DNA of 63,637 nucleotides, the filler included, from an uncultured Methanosarcinales archaeon (lineage in GTDB: Archaea; Nanobdellota; Nanobdellia; Woesearchaeales; CAYSVS01): assembly GCA_964434475.1 (NCBI GenBank). It is 4 parts of 4 records of this genome, joined end to end, with 100 filler letters (N's around TTAATTAATTAA, not from the genome) between each part and the next. Parts side by side here need not be neighbours in the genome. Positions count along the whole stretch, not along the records: positions 1 to 17,725 come from CAYSVS010000022.1; positions 17,826 to 34,715 come from CAYSVS010000023.1; 2 more parts are not named here. One strand, written 5' to 3'. The first letter of the stretch is position 1; every line of letters starts with the position of its first letter. The notes under the pieces are model-generated. The model made no database searches. It saw nothing but the letters and a program-made list of their open reading frames with translations, and was not told the origin of the DNA. Made by a program: the position numbers and the translations under genes. This document shows, piece by piece, positions 9,811 through 19,810 of the stretch.

Positions 9811-10932
9811 CTATTTGAACTTAGTAATCAATCCTGGTAAGCCAGTACCTATTGGAACAGGCTGATTAAGCATCACATTCTCAACAACAGAATCAAGCTT
9901 ATCTATCTCCCCTATAAGAGCCGCATTGATAAGATGTTTTATAGGGGTCTCAAAGCTTGCCCTTGCTAATACTGACGCCTTTTCACTGACAACACCATAC
10001 CTAGTAATACCTTTTACTTTTCCGTTGACACACATGGTATCAGCAACAAGCATGATATGTCTTATGTCTACATTCAAACCCTGACTCTCTATTACCTTAA
10101 ATACTTCGTTGATTACAGCCTGTCTTGCTGCTTCAATACCAAGCACCTTATGTATCTCATGTATATCATTACTTATTGTCCTTGTCTCATCAACAAAATC
10201 CATATCATATATCTGTTTAAGGTTTGAACCTGCTGTAACTATAATATATTCCTCGTCTCGTTTAACAGGCAATACCTGCGTTACTCCTTTGATTCCACCT
10301 ACATATACTTCCTTAAGCATTTCTTTCATCTTATAAATCTCATTAAGATGCTCCTGCTTACTTTTAGGCTTTATTATCAATAATCCGTTCTTAAGCTTTA
10401 CATTGAAACTTTTCAAGGATTTTGAAGCATTTGACAACAGCTTTGACTCTTTTACGCCGATAAGCTTCAAAGCTTCTTCATCTATCTTGACTTCTATAGA
10501 GGAGTTTGCAACATTTATAGAAAATTCCTTAGCAATCTCTTTAAGCCTAGTTTCTTTTATAGAATAAGCCAGCTTCTTGATATTCTCACCTTTGTTATAA
10601 GGTTTTTTCAGATAAATCTCCATCATAGGAGTCTTAATCTTTTTTCTGCCATCCAGTATCTCTATAATCCTCGGAAGACCCATCGTAACGTTCATCTCTG
10701 CAACACCTGCAAAATGAAATGTGTTAAGGGTCATCTGTGTTCCTGGCTCACCTATACTTTCAGCGCCTACCAATCCCACACATTCTCCTGGTTCAGCCAA
10801 TGCGTTCTCATACTCTTCATTAGCCAAAGCCAAAACTTTCTTAAGTTTGCTTTTTGGAGATTTTTCCTTAATCTCTTCAAGTATGTTATTTGGTAATTTT
10901 CCTTTATATTGTTTGATAAGGTCTTCAGCCAT
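9811..10932 (-). CDS. rpoA2: RNA polymerase subunit A''
   Basis: [18 protein letters not shown] and LARASFET. Confidence 0.98.
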   Translation of the reverse strand: MAEDLIKQYKGKLPNNILEEIKEKSPKSKLKKVLALANEEYENALAEPGECVGLVGAESIGEPGTQMTLNTFHFAGVAEMNVTMGLPRIIEILDGRKKIKTPMMEIYLKKPYNKGENIKKLAYSIKETRLKEIAKEFSINVANSSIEVKIDEEALKLIGVKESKLLSNASKSLKSFNVKLKNGLLIIKPKSKQEHLNEIYKMKEMLKEVYVGGIKGVTQVLPVKRDEEYIIVTAGSNLKQIYDMDFVDETRTISNDIHEIHKVLGIEAARQAVINEVFKVIESQGLNVDIRHIMLVADTMCVNGKVKGITRYGVVSEKASVLARASFETPIKHLINAALIGEIDKLDSVVENVMLNQPVPIGTGLPGLITKFK

Positions 10933-10942
10933 TTAATATCAC

Positions 10943-13537
10943 CTAAACATTATGTAGAATCTTGTCTACATTAATTTTTCCGCCTTCTGATTTTGAAACA
11001 TCAATCCCATCTTCACCGTATTTGAATTGAATAATCTTGCCGCTTGCTTCTCTTACGCTATTATCATACTCTACCTTTACGTCCTGCAAAGCATTAGCAA
11101 GCCTTCGATAAAGATAACCTGATTTAGGAGTCCTTAAAGCAGTATCCATTAAACTGTCTCGTCCAGTCATAGCCATGAAAAAGAACTCATGAGGATTCAA
11201 TCCTGACTTAAAGCCTCTGCTTATAAATCCATGGGCTGAAGGTCTTAAGTCTCCTTTCTTGAAACATGCCAAAGTTCTACCTTTATAGCCTTTTACAATC
11301 CTTGCTCCACGCAAAGCCTGCTGTCCTACACAAGCGCTCATCTGCGCTAAGTTTAAAGGGCTTCCTCTAGCGCCTGAATCACTCATGACCAAAGTACCTG
11401 ACTGCTGCAGATCATTATTTTCCCTAAATCTTGAATATTGAGCCACAATATCTCCTGTATCATTCCTTGCCTTATTAAGTCTTTCCAGAATCTTCAATTC
11501 AAGAGTTTCTCTCATGGTCTTTCCAGGGAAAGTCTCTAGATCCTTTTCTTCAAATTTTGTGATAAAAATATCAACATCCGCATAAGCAGTATTTATCACT
11601 TCATCAATCTTCTCTTTTGCATCTTCAGGCAGATCAGCATCAGATATGCCTGTAGTAAAGCCTACATTAACCAAGACTTTTGTACCAAGCCTGAATAGTT
11701 TTCCTAATATATCCACTGCTGCTGACTCTCCATATTTCTTATGTATATTCCTAAGCATCAATCCCTGACCTTCACCTAGGTTTGCCTTATCCATAAAGCC
11801 TTCCTTAAGCATTCCTTTTTCGATAACAACAGGCGATTTATCCTTTGCCTTGCCCTTGAAATTAAAATCTTCAGGCAGAAGCATACTGAATATCTCTTTT
11901 CCTGATATCTTCTCTTTTTGGGATAATCTTGAAAAATCAGTTATACCTGCAGAATAAAGAAGATCTATAGCCTCATGTTTTGGCATCTCAAGATTTTTTG
12001 TCAATAAATAATTACCAGTTATAGCATCTTGTACACAGCCGATTATGCTTAATCCATACCTTGGCGAAATCAACTGAGTCTGTACAAGCATCAATATTTC
12101 CGCCTCTGCTCTTGCCTCTTCTGTTTGAGGGATATGCAAGTTCATCTCATCTCCGTCAAAGTCTGCATTATAAGGAGCACATACAGCAGGATTTAACCTT
12201 AATGTCTTATAAGGCAATACTCTTACTTTGTGACACATCATACTCATCCTGTGCAATGACGGCTGTCTGTTAAATATTGCTATATCACCATCCATAAGAT
12301 GTCTTTCCACTATATAACCTGGCTGTATCTCCTCTAAAAGCTGCTCTTTTGTCTCGTCAGTTATCTTTTTCTTCTTGCCATCAGGCCTAACTATATAATT
12401 AGCACCAGGATATTCTGATCCTCTTTCTATGAACTTTTTAATATATTCAGTATTCCATTCTGTAACCCTTTCAGGAACAGTAAGCTTTAATGCCATCACA
12501 CTAGGCACACCTACTTCATTAAGGTCAAGTTTAGGATCAGGCGAAATCACAGTCCTAGCTGAGAAGTTTGTCCTTTTTCCTGCAAGATTATGTCTTATCC
12601 TTCCTTCCTTGCTCTTTATCCTCTCAGTTACAGTCTTAAGAGGTTGTCCACTTCTATGTCTTGCAGGAGGTAGTTGAGGAACCGAATTATCAAAAAATGT
12701 TGTAACGTGATACTGAAGCAGATCCCAAAGGTCCTCGATGATTATCTCAGGAGCGCCTGCATTTATGTTCTCGAACAATCTTTGATTTATCCTAACAATG
12801 TCGCCTAATTTATGGGTAAGATCATCTTCACTTCTTTCACCGGATTCTAAAGTTATACTTGGTCTCATGGTAACAGGAGGAATAGGCATTACAGTCAAAA
12901 TAAACCATTCCGGACGAGCAAACTTAGGATTTATGCCGAATACCTCCAAATCATCATCAGGTATCTTTTCAAGTCTTGATCTAACTTCTATAGGGCTTAT
13001 CCTTTTGTCATTTTCAAGATAGGTTGTAGGCTTTTCCAATGTAACCTTCTGCTGTTTTGCATTACAATGAGGACATTTATTTATGGTCTTCAATCCTGAT
13101 ATTATCTCTTTTACCTGTTTTCTTCTGGCTTCCATACCTACATCTTTCTCATATTTGTTTAACTGTTCAATATATTTATTTATCTTATTTTTAGGTATAA
13201 GCACCCTTCCGCATTCTCTACAGGTTGACCTAAGCAAGTTAAGCACAAGACCTACAAATTTTATATGCAGTACAGGCCTTGCAAGCTCGATATATCCGAA
13301 ATGACCTATACATTCTTTTAGCTTGCTTCCGCATGTCTTACATTTTAAACCTGGATCAATTACACCTAATCTGATGTCCATCAATCCACCATCAACAGGA
13401 TAACCCTCTCTGTCATAGAGTTCAGGCGTTACTACCTTGGCAGTAGCCATCTTCTTGATCATCTTCGGCGATAATACACCGAATATTACGCTTGAAACTT
13501 TTTTATAAGTATAATTCGCTGGCTCCATCATATTCAC
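10943..13537 (-). CDS. rpoA1: RNA polymerase subunit A'
   Basis: Catalytic YNADFDGDEMN and N-terminal zinc site. Confidence 0.99.
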   Translation of the reverse strand: MNMMEPANYTYKKVSSVIFGVLSPKMIKKMATAKVVTPELYDREGYPVDGGLMDIRLGVIDPGLKCKTCGSKLKECIGHFGYIELARPVLHIKFVGLVLNLLRSTCRECGRVLIPKNKINKYIEQLNKYEKDVGMEARRKQVKEIISGLKTINKCPHCNAKQQKVTLEKPTTYLENDKRISPIEVRSRLEKIPDDDLEVFGINPKFARPEWFILTVMPIPPVTMRPSITLESGERSEDDLTHKLGDIVRINQRLFENINAGAPEIIIEDLWDLLQYHVTTFFDNSVPQLPPARHRSGQPLKTVTERIKSKEGRIRHNLAGKRTNFSARTVISPDPKLDLNEVGVPSVMALKLTVPERVTEWNTEYIKKFIERGSEYPGANYIVRPDGKKKKITDETKEQLLEEIQPGYIVERHLMDGDIAIFNRQPSLHRMSMMCHKVRVLPYKTLRLNPAVCAPYNADFDGDEMNLHIPQTEEARAEAEILMLVQTQLISPRYGLSIIGCVQDAITGNYLLTKNLEMPKHEAIDLLYSAGITDFSRLSQKEKISGKEIFSMLLPEDFNFKGKAKDKSPVVIEKGMLKEGFMDKANLGEGQGLMLRNIHKKYGESAAVDILGKLFRLGTKVLVNVGFTTGISDADLPEDAKEKIDEVINTAYADVDIFITKFEEKDLETFPGKTMRETLELKILERLNKARNDTGDIVAQYSRFRENNDLQQSGTLVMSDSGARGSPLNLAQMSACVGQQALRGARIVKGYKGRTLACFKKGDLRPSAHGFISRGFKSGLNPHEFFFMAMTGRDSLMDTALRTPKSGYLYRRLANALQDVKVEYDNSVREASGKIIQFKYGEDGIDVSKSEGGKINVDKILHNV

Positions 13538-13538
13538 C

Positions 13539-15341
13539 TTAAAACCTGTTTTTTAATTCTAATTTTGGATAAAGTCCTAAACACTTAAACTCGTCGAGTA
13601 TTAACTTGAAGGCATAACTTAGCTCAACATTATTTATCTCAACATTTTCACCGCACATAGGACAATATGACCTGTTCTTGAACTCGTCATGTATAGCCAT
13701 CAATCCACAGCTTTCACATATAGGGACTTTGGTCTTGTCTGAATCAAATCTTTCCTTTAGCAACAAAGAAGCGCCGTGGGCTACAAAAGTATCCTTTTCC
13801 ATCTCTCCTAATCTTAATCCGCCTTCTTTAGCTCTTCCTTCTGTTGGCTGCCTAGTCAATAATTGTATAGGACCTCTAGCTCTTGAATGTATCTTGTTGG
13901 CAACCATATGTTTAAGTTTGAGATAATACATATTTCCAACATATATTCTTGCCTTGAACTGGACGCCCGTAACACCATTATATAGTGTTTCTACACCATT
14001 TTCTCTGAATCCCATCTCATGCAGCTGGCTCCTTAGATCAGATTCCTTCTCTGACGAAAATGTGCTGCCGTCGATAAAACTTCCTCTCAAAGAACCTACT
14101 TTGCCGCCTATTAACTCTATAAGATGGCTGACAGTCATCCTTGAAGGAACACCATGAGGTGAGAATATTATATCGGGAGTAATGCCTGATGCTGAAAAAG
14201 GCATGTCGTCAAAAGGAACGATAAGACTTATGACTCCTTTTTGACCATGTCTTGAAGTAAACTTATCACCTATTTCAGGTATCCTTTGATCCCTTACTCT
14301 TACCTGTATAAGTTTGTTGCCTTCTTCGTTCTCGCTAAGCATAACAAAATCAACTATACCTTTCTCTCCATGCTTCATAGCTACACTTGACTCTCTTCTT
14401 GTGGCTGAAGCAAGATTGTACTCATCCATACTGCTCAAGAATCTAGGAGGAGAAGTTTTTCCTATTATAACATCATCTTCTTTTACATTAGCTTCAGGAT
14501 ATATTATTCCATCATCATCAAGATATCTGTAATCATGCTCTGATTTATAACCTTTTACATCCTTATCAGGAACACAAACCTCATCTACAAGTCCTCCTGC
14601 ATAACGTAATTCTTCTGCTTTAGAAGGCCTGAAATATGTACTTCTTGCCATACCTCTTTCTATGGAACCCTTATTGATAACTATAGCATCTTCCATATTA
14701 TATCCTTCATAGCTCATAACAGCAACAATTATGTTCTGACCAAAAGGATGCTTATCATAATTTGAAATATCATGCATCAAGGTCTGGACAATAGGCATCT
14801 GAGGATTATGGAGCAGATTAACATCAGTATCCATCCTTACTGCAAAATTAGCAGCATAGAATCCTATTGCCTGCTTCTGATTCTTTGAACCCTGGGTAAG
14901 CCTTACTCCATGATTATAATTTCCAAAAGGAACTAAAGATGAACACAAACCAAGCATAGCTACAGGAGTTATCTCCAAATGCGTATGCTCAGAAGTAAGA
15001 TCTTCGGGAAACAAAGCTATATATGCGTTTTCTTCTTCCATAGCATCCAAATATTCTACTAAACCCTGTCTTACCACATCATCCCAAGAAAGCTCGTTGT
15101 TATCGAGCTGCTTGATATGCTCTTCAGAAAGCAAAGGTTCACCTTCCTTTACTATTATTACAGGTCTTCTTGCTCTGCCTTTGGATGTCTCTATCCACAC
15201 TTCTTTAGATTCATCATTATAAAAAACATTAAGGTTTGACGTCAACATATTCCTTCTTCTCTCATGCCTGATCTGATCGACAAACTCCAATGGGTTTTCT
15301 ACATCTCCTACGAATTTATTATTTAGATATACTTCTGTCAA
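13539..15341 (-). CDS. rpoB1: RNA polymerase subunit B'
   Basis: GDKFTSRHGQKG and GGLRLGEME. Confidence 0.99.
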   Translation of the reverse strand: MTEVYLNNKFVGDVENPLEFVDQIRHERRRNMLTSNLNVFYNDESKEVWIETSKGRARRPVIIVKEGEPLLSEEHIKQLDNNELSWDDVVRQGLVEYLDAMEEENAYIALFPEDLTSEHTHLEITPVAMLGLCSSLVPFGNYNHGVRLTQGSKNQKQAIGFYAANFAVRMDTDVNLLHNPQMPIVQTLMHDISNYDKHPFGQNIIVAVMSYEGYNMEDAIVINKGSIERGMARSTYFRPSKAEELRYAGGLVDEVCVPDKDVKGYKSEHDYRYLDDDGIIYPEANVKEDDVIIGKTSPPRFLSSMDEYNLASATRRESSVAMKHGEKGIVDFVMLSENEEGNKLIQVRVRDQRIPEIGDKFTSRHGQKGVISLIVPFDDMPFSASGITPDIIFSPHGVPSRMTVSHLIELIGGKVGSLRGSFIDGSTFSSEKESDLRSQLHEMGFRENGVETLYNGVTGVQFKARIYVGNMYYLKLKHMVANKIHSRARGPIQLLTRQPTEGRAKEGGLRLGEMEKDTFVAHGASLLLKERFDSDKTKVPICESCGLMAIHDEFKNRSYCPMCGENVEINNVELSYAFKLILDEFKCLGLYPKLELKNRF

Positions 15342-15347
15342 TTTGAT

Positions 15348-16835
15348 TCACCTTATCGAATTTAATCCTATATTCTTCAAAGTTCTGACCACTTCTTCTT
15401 CGTCGCTTTCCTGAGTAATTAGACACAATAATGAAAGATTCTTTCTCAACCCTATATTTGTACCTTCAGGGGTTTCAACTGGGCACAATCTTCCAAAATG
15501 TGTGGCATGAAGTTCCCTTGCCTCAAAATTCTCTTGTGTGGCTGACAATGGACTCACTACCCTTTGCAGATGACTCATAGTCTCTAAAAAGTTCAGTCTT
15601 TGTATTCTTTGACTTATACCCTTTCTTCCGCCGACCCAATTACCTGTAGCCATACTGGAATATATCCTTGATGTCAGCAGCTTGTCCCTTATTATTACCT
15701 TTATAGAAGGAAATTTACCTCTTTTCACGATTCTCTGAAAATTATAAAGCAAATCTCCTATAAGCACCTTCAGATTAACCCTGACCAAGTCAGAAAGCAA
15801 ATCACCGCTAAGTTTCAGCCTTTTGTTTACATAATGATCCTTGTCATCCTGACTCACTTCATTTGTGGACACTTGGATGAACTTTTTGATAAACTTACAA
15901 AGATTATAAGCCTTAAACATCCTTGTCTCAGAATCAACACCAAGATGAGGCATAAAATACTTGTCAAGTATCTCTTTCATACGTTCGATCCTTATCTCTT
16001 TTGACTGAGTTATACCTATCTTCTTAGCTATATAATCCAACGCATCTTCCTCGTTCTTTATTTCGACAAATTCCAGAAGATTAACGAAGATATCATCATA
16101 TTGTTTCTCTTTTGATACTGACTGCATTATCTCCTCATCTTTGAGCAAACCCAGAGCCTTTATCAAAACTATCGCAGGAATCCTTTTTACCCTTGTAAAA
16201 GTAACATAGAATATACCATCCTTAAGTTTCTCAAGAGTATGAGGAATCTTGAAAGAACCTCTCTCTGAAAACAGTTTGCCGACAAACTTGCTTACGCCAG
16301 TGGTAGCTGCTTCGACCATCACCTTGTTAGATGCCAAATCCTCGATGTTTATCAATACTTTCTCTGTTCCGTTGATTATAAAATATCCTCCTGAATCATC
16401 AGGATCTTCGCCTTGTTCTATAAGTTCGTCTCTACCTAATTTGTTAAGATGGCAATATTTACTATTCAGCATTATTGGTATATTTCCTATCTGGGTTGTA
16501 AAAGATTCTCTCTGAACGCCATTTATATGTGCAGACATCTCTATGAAACAAGGAGCTGCATAAGTTATCTGCCTTAATCTTGCTTCAACAGGATAAATAG
16601 CTCTTTTGCTCCCATCTGCTTCTGTTATTTCTGGCTTTGTAACCCATATCTTATCCAATCTAATCTTGAACTCGTCGATATCATGAGGGATGATAGTCGG
16701 CTCTATTTCTTTATTCTCTTCAATTATCTTTTGAAGCTCCTCTTCGATAAAATTATTGAATGATTCAATAGTTGATTGTACGAAAGTCTTGTCCTCAAAG
16801 TATTTTTTGATAATAGTTTTGCCTTTCTTAAACAT
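15348..16835 (-). CDS. rpoB2: RNA polymerase subunit B''
   Basis: GGYFIINGTEKV and GRLCPVETPEG. Confidence 0.99.
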   Translation of the reverse strand: MFKKGKTIIKKYFEDKTFVQSTIESFNNFIEEELQKIIEENKEIEPTIIPHDIDEFKIRLDKIWVTKPEITEADGSKRAIYPVEARLRQITYAAPCFIEMSAHINGVQRESFTTQIGNIPIMLNSKYCHLNKLGRDELIEQGEDPDDSGGYFIINGTEKVLINIEDLASNKVMVEAATTGVSKFVGKLFSERGSFKIPHTLEKLKDGIFYVTFTRVKRIPAIVLIKALGLLKDEEIMQSVSKEKQYDDIFVNLLEFVEIKNEEDALDYIAKKIGITQSKEIRIERMKEILDKYFMPHLGVDSETRMFKAYNLCKFIKKFIQVSTNEVSQDDKDHYVNKRLKLSGDLLSDLVRVNLKVLIGDLLYNFQRIVKRGKFPSIKVIIRDKLLTSRIYSSMATGNWVGGRKGISQRIQRLNFLETMSHLQRVVSPLSATQENFEARELHATHFGRLCPVETPEGTNIGLRKNLSLLCLITQESDEEEVVRTLKNIGLNSIR

Positions 16836-17094
16836 TTGTAACCCCTCTATAAAATACTACTGTGCCTGCAGTCCTGCTGTTTCTTTTTATCTTGATAATA
16901 TCTCCTGTATTCAGCTTAAGGTTTGAAATAGCAGGATCGTCAACCATTATCTTTGGCAGTTCCTTGAAAGAAATATTGTATTTTTTGAACAATTCCTTTT
17001 TTTCTCTTTCACTTATCTTAGCATGTTTAGGAATAAGTATGTGATCTGGCGTTTTTGTCGGTTTTGATAACTTTGGTGACTTTGGCATATGCAT
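16828..17094 (-). CDS. rpoH: RNA polymerase subunit H (Rpo5)
   Basis: HILIPKH...LPKI..DDP...GDIIKIKR.SRTAG...YR. Start shortened because the ORF-track start lies inside a tRNA. Confidence 0.95.
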   Translation of the reverse strand: MHMPKSPKLSKPTKTPDHILIPKHAKISEREKKELFKKYNISFKELPKIMVDDPAISNLKLNTGDIIKIKRNSRTAGTVVFYRGVTNV

Positions 17095-17115
17095 TCCCCC
17101 TTGATTATAAAAAAA

Positions 17116-17252
17116 TAGGCCGTACGGGATTCGAACCCGCGGCCACTCGATCACTTTCAGATTAACCGGAAGTTCAGAAAACTCCAGGTTTTTGTTAAAA
17201 GTCGAGTGCTCTAGTGTCCATCTGGTAAGATTCCAGACTGAGCTAACGGCCT
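17116..17252 (-). tRNA. tRNA-Lys(UUU) with two introns (19/20: 17214-17232; 37/38: 17152-17195)
   Basis: Removing the 19- and 44-nt inserts gives a 74-nt cloverleaf AGGCCGT...AGTCTGGTAGAGC...CTCGA-CTTTTAA-TCGAG...TTCGAAT...ACGGCCT-A. Both junctions form BHB-like motifs. Confidence 0.9.
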
Positions 17253-17257
17253 ATGAA

Positions 17258-17354
17258 CGCCCTGGCCGGGAGTCGAACCCGGGTCGGAGCCTTGCTGCGA
17301 AACGTTTTGCGAATCCCGACAGGGCTCCATGATAGGCCACTACACTACCAAGGC
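17258..17354 (-). tRNA. tRNA-Asp(GUC) with a 24-nt intron at 37/38 (17293-17316)
   Basis: Acceptor GCCTTGG/CCAGGGC, anticodon arm GAGCC-CTGTCGA-GGCTC, T-loop TTCGACT. Confidence 0.92.
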
Positions 17355-17673
17355 TTAATTTAAGCTTATTTAAAGCCTAATGCGCATGAATCATACTATC
17401 ATCTAAAATAACACAGTCTTAATCTTACATTGACTATAGAAAAGTTTCATGCCCATTTTTGCTTGGAATTTTTTTGTATTTATAAATGTAACGGTTAATT
17501 ATATACTATATATATCAAAATGGCAAAAAATAGCTTGAAAATAGTAAAAAATAAGTAATTTTGCAAAAATAAGTATGTTATTCACAATATAAATTCAATT
17601 AATTACACGAATCCTGAAATAAGCAATCAATCTTATTTTTTAAAGGAATTAATATTGATATATTCTTTTAATT

Positions 17674-17725
17674 TAACTGGAGTTGTGCAGATTTTTCTAA
17701 AAACCGAAAAAATTAGGTAGTTGAA
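17674..17725. mobile_element. IS terminal fragment at a contig end
   Basis: 52 bp identical in reverse complement to 50963-51014; begins with TAACTGGAGTTGTGCAGATTT. Confidence 0.7.
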
Positions 17726-17825
17726 NNNNNNNNNNNNNNNNNNNNNNNNNNNNNNNNNNNNNNNNNNNNTTAATTAATTAANNNNNNNNNNNNNNNNNNN
17801 NNNNNNNNNNNNNNNNNNNNNNNNN
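17726..17825. other. Artificial contig-join linker
   Basis: N-run containing TTAATTAATTAA (stops in all six frames). Confidence 0.9.
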
Positions 17826-17845
17826 TGTGCAATTAATCTAAAAAG

Positions 17846-18415
17846 CTAAGCTAAACAGCAATTATGCAAAGTTCTCTTTAGTTTTGAAGGTTTAGGATTA
17901 AGTTTTGCAAGCAGTGCCTTTTTTTCAGATTCTAAACTTACTATTGCTTCAAGATTATGTCCGTTGGAAAGATAGTTTTTTCGCATGTGTTTTTTTATGC
18001 CAGCAATCTCTATGTCTATGTGATTAAGTCTATTACCATAAGAGTATTTTTTAACTTTTGAAGGGTTGTGCTGCTTAAGAAATTCTAATTTCTGCGCTTC
18101 TGCTTCTTTTAATGCTATTATATCGGGTTCTTCAGGATTATCCAAGCATAAACTGCTCAATGTGCTTTCAACATAATCCAATCTTTGCCTTTCATCTTCA
18201 AGATCACTGAAGCTGAAGTTTTTCATGAAGTCAAAATCAATTTCATGTGTTGATTCTTTGCCTGATTCTGATTTTAGTGTGATTTTTTGTTCATTAATAG
18301 ATTCAATCTTATAGATAAAATCACCAGGATTTTTGCTGAATTTAGTGCCATTTATATCTAGCAATATTTGGCCTTTTTGCGGATTAAAACCTAATTCTGC
18401 TAAATTTAAGTTCAT
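17846..18415 (-). CDS. Hypothetical protein
   Basis: 189-aa ORF with TTTATAAA about 25 nt upstream. Confidence 0.6.
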   Translation of the reverse strand: MNLNLAELGFNPQKGQILLDINGTKFSKNPGDFIYKIESINEQKITLKSESGKESTHEIDFDFMKNFSFSDLEDERQRLDYVESTLSSLCLDNPEEPDIIALKEAEAQKLEFLKQHNPSKVKKYSYGNRLNHIDIEIAGIKKHMRKNYLSNGHNLEAIVSLESEKKALLAKLNPKPSKLKRTLHNCCLA

Positions 18416-18464
18416 CAGAATAATATATAATATAACCTAGTTTATAAAGCTTATGGTTGTTTAG

Positions 18465-19337
18465 TCACTTTTTAGTAGTATATTTAAAGCAAGAATTAGA
18501 CATTATATCAGCAACCAGTTCTTTCCTATTTTCAGGCAAATATGACAATATTTCATCAACCTTTGTTAATATTGTTTCAGGATTATTATGATTAAGGAAT
18601 TCAAACGCTTTTTCTTTAGATTCTAGTGTAATTATACCATTATCGGAATATTTTGTATAAAGAGCCAGCATAACATCATATGCTTTCTTGAACTTATCAA
18701 CATATCCCCAGGATGTAATGTCCTTTTTTTGGATATTGTACTTTGAAGATATTATGTCTGCCATCATATCGCGGTATATATATGAGCTTGCTGAATTCAA
18801 TATTAAATCGTATTGTGTGCTGATCATATGGCCTAGCTCGTTCATTATTATCAGATAGGTATTGAAAAAATGATTCTTGTCTGAAAACAAATTTCCTGTA
18901 TCTTTTATGTTTATCTCAAAAACAAACATATTGTCGCGATATACTTTAGTGTTGCAGATAGCTTCAAGTCTAATATTATTCTTCTTATCATCAAAAATGT
19001 TTGAAGATTCTATTCTAGAATTAAAGTATTTAGAACCTAAATATGTTATTTTTATTTTATCCAGTTTATCCAAAGTTGTGGTGTTGACAAAAGAAAACTC
19101 AACCAATTTCATAAGATTATTCTTATCATATTTTTCTATTTCAGGAAATTCTTTATCTATTCTCAACTCCAAATCACTAGAATGGTTTGTTTCTATGTTA
19201 TTGCTGCCTAACATTGAAACAGGCTGTACAAATCCCTTATCAAATGAAGATTTGAATATCTTGAAAAGATCTTCTGCTTTTGCATCACTTGCTGAAAGCG
19301 CCAAGATTGTGAATAATATTGCTGTGCATAATGTCAT
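18465..19337 (-). CDS. Secreted hypothetical protein with a degenerate zincin-like motif
   Basis: N-terminal signal peptide; IIMNELGHM resembles HExxH. Confidence 0.55.
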   Translation of the reverse strand: MTLCTAILFTILALSASDAKAEDLFKIFKSSFDKGFVQPVSMLGSNNIETNHSSDLELRIDKEFPEIEKYDKNNLMKLVEFSFVNTTTLDKLDKIKITYLGSKYFNSRIESSNIFDDKKNNIRLEAICNTKVYRDNMFVFEINIKDTGNLFSDKNHFFNTYLIIMNELGHMISTQYDLILNSASSYIYRDMMADIISSKYNIQKKDITSWGYVDKFKKAYDVMLALYTKYSDNGIITLESKEKAFEFLNHNNPETILTKVDEILSYLPENRKELVADIMSNSCFKYTTKK

Positions 19338-19372
19338 AATATATATTAAAGACTATAAGTTTATAAATCATT

Positions 19373-19711
19373 ATGAAAAAAAATCAAATAAGCATATTTA
19401 TCATAATAGGGATTATTTTGGTTTTGTCTTTAGCTTTGTTCTTTACTGTTAGAATAACAAGCCAAGAAAAAAAGATTCAAACAGAGATTGAAACATCGCA
19501 ATTGGATATTTCAAGTTTAGAAACCTACACTGAAAACTGCCTTAAAGAATCTGCAAAGCTTAATTTACTGGCGATAGGATTAAGATCTGGCTTTACATAT
19601 CTGCCAGAAAATAATTTTAAGATGCCTAGTTTTGACACAGCATATCTATATTATCAAGGAGATTTTACTGAACTAAAAAAAAAGAGTTTGAAGGAAGTAT
19701 CTATGAATTAA
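19373..19711 (+). CDS. Pilin-like (class III signal peptide) protein, probably truncated
   Basis: MKKNQISIFIIIGIIL resembles the KKGQ-hydrophobic prepilin-like leader; the frame ends shortly after an A9 tract. Confidence 0.5.
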   Translation: MKKNQISIFIIIGIILVLSLALFFTVRITSQEKKIQTEIETSQLDISSLETYTENCLKESAKLNLLAIGLRSGFTYLPENNFKMPSFDTAYLYYQGDFTELKKKSLKEVSMN

Positions 19712-19810
19712 TGACACATAAAGAACAACTTGAAGAATCAATGAATTAGATAAAACACAACACAAAATTAAACAAAAACATTAATAAACATCCTTTTTTT
19801 CTGATTTAGT

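Noticed and set aside
9811..16835. Split rpoA and rpoB as a novelty; inteins in RNAP or NrdJ
   Set aside because: Split subunits are normal in many archaea, and no intein motifs were found.
17293..17316. 10-mer ACGTTTCGCA shared by the tRNA-Asp intron and the 117-bp repeat
   Set aside because: Too short to distinguish from chance.
17770..17781. TTAATTAATTAA palindrome occurring three times
   Set aside because: It is always embedded in N-runs, so it is an artificial linker. Gene adjacency across these joins cannot be trusted.
18465..19337. Active zinc metalloprotease
   Set aside because: The motif is NELGH, lacking the first His of HExxH, so activity cannot be supported.
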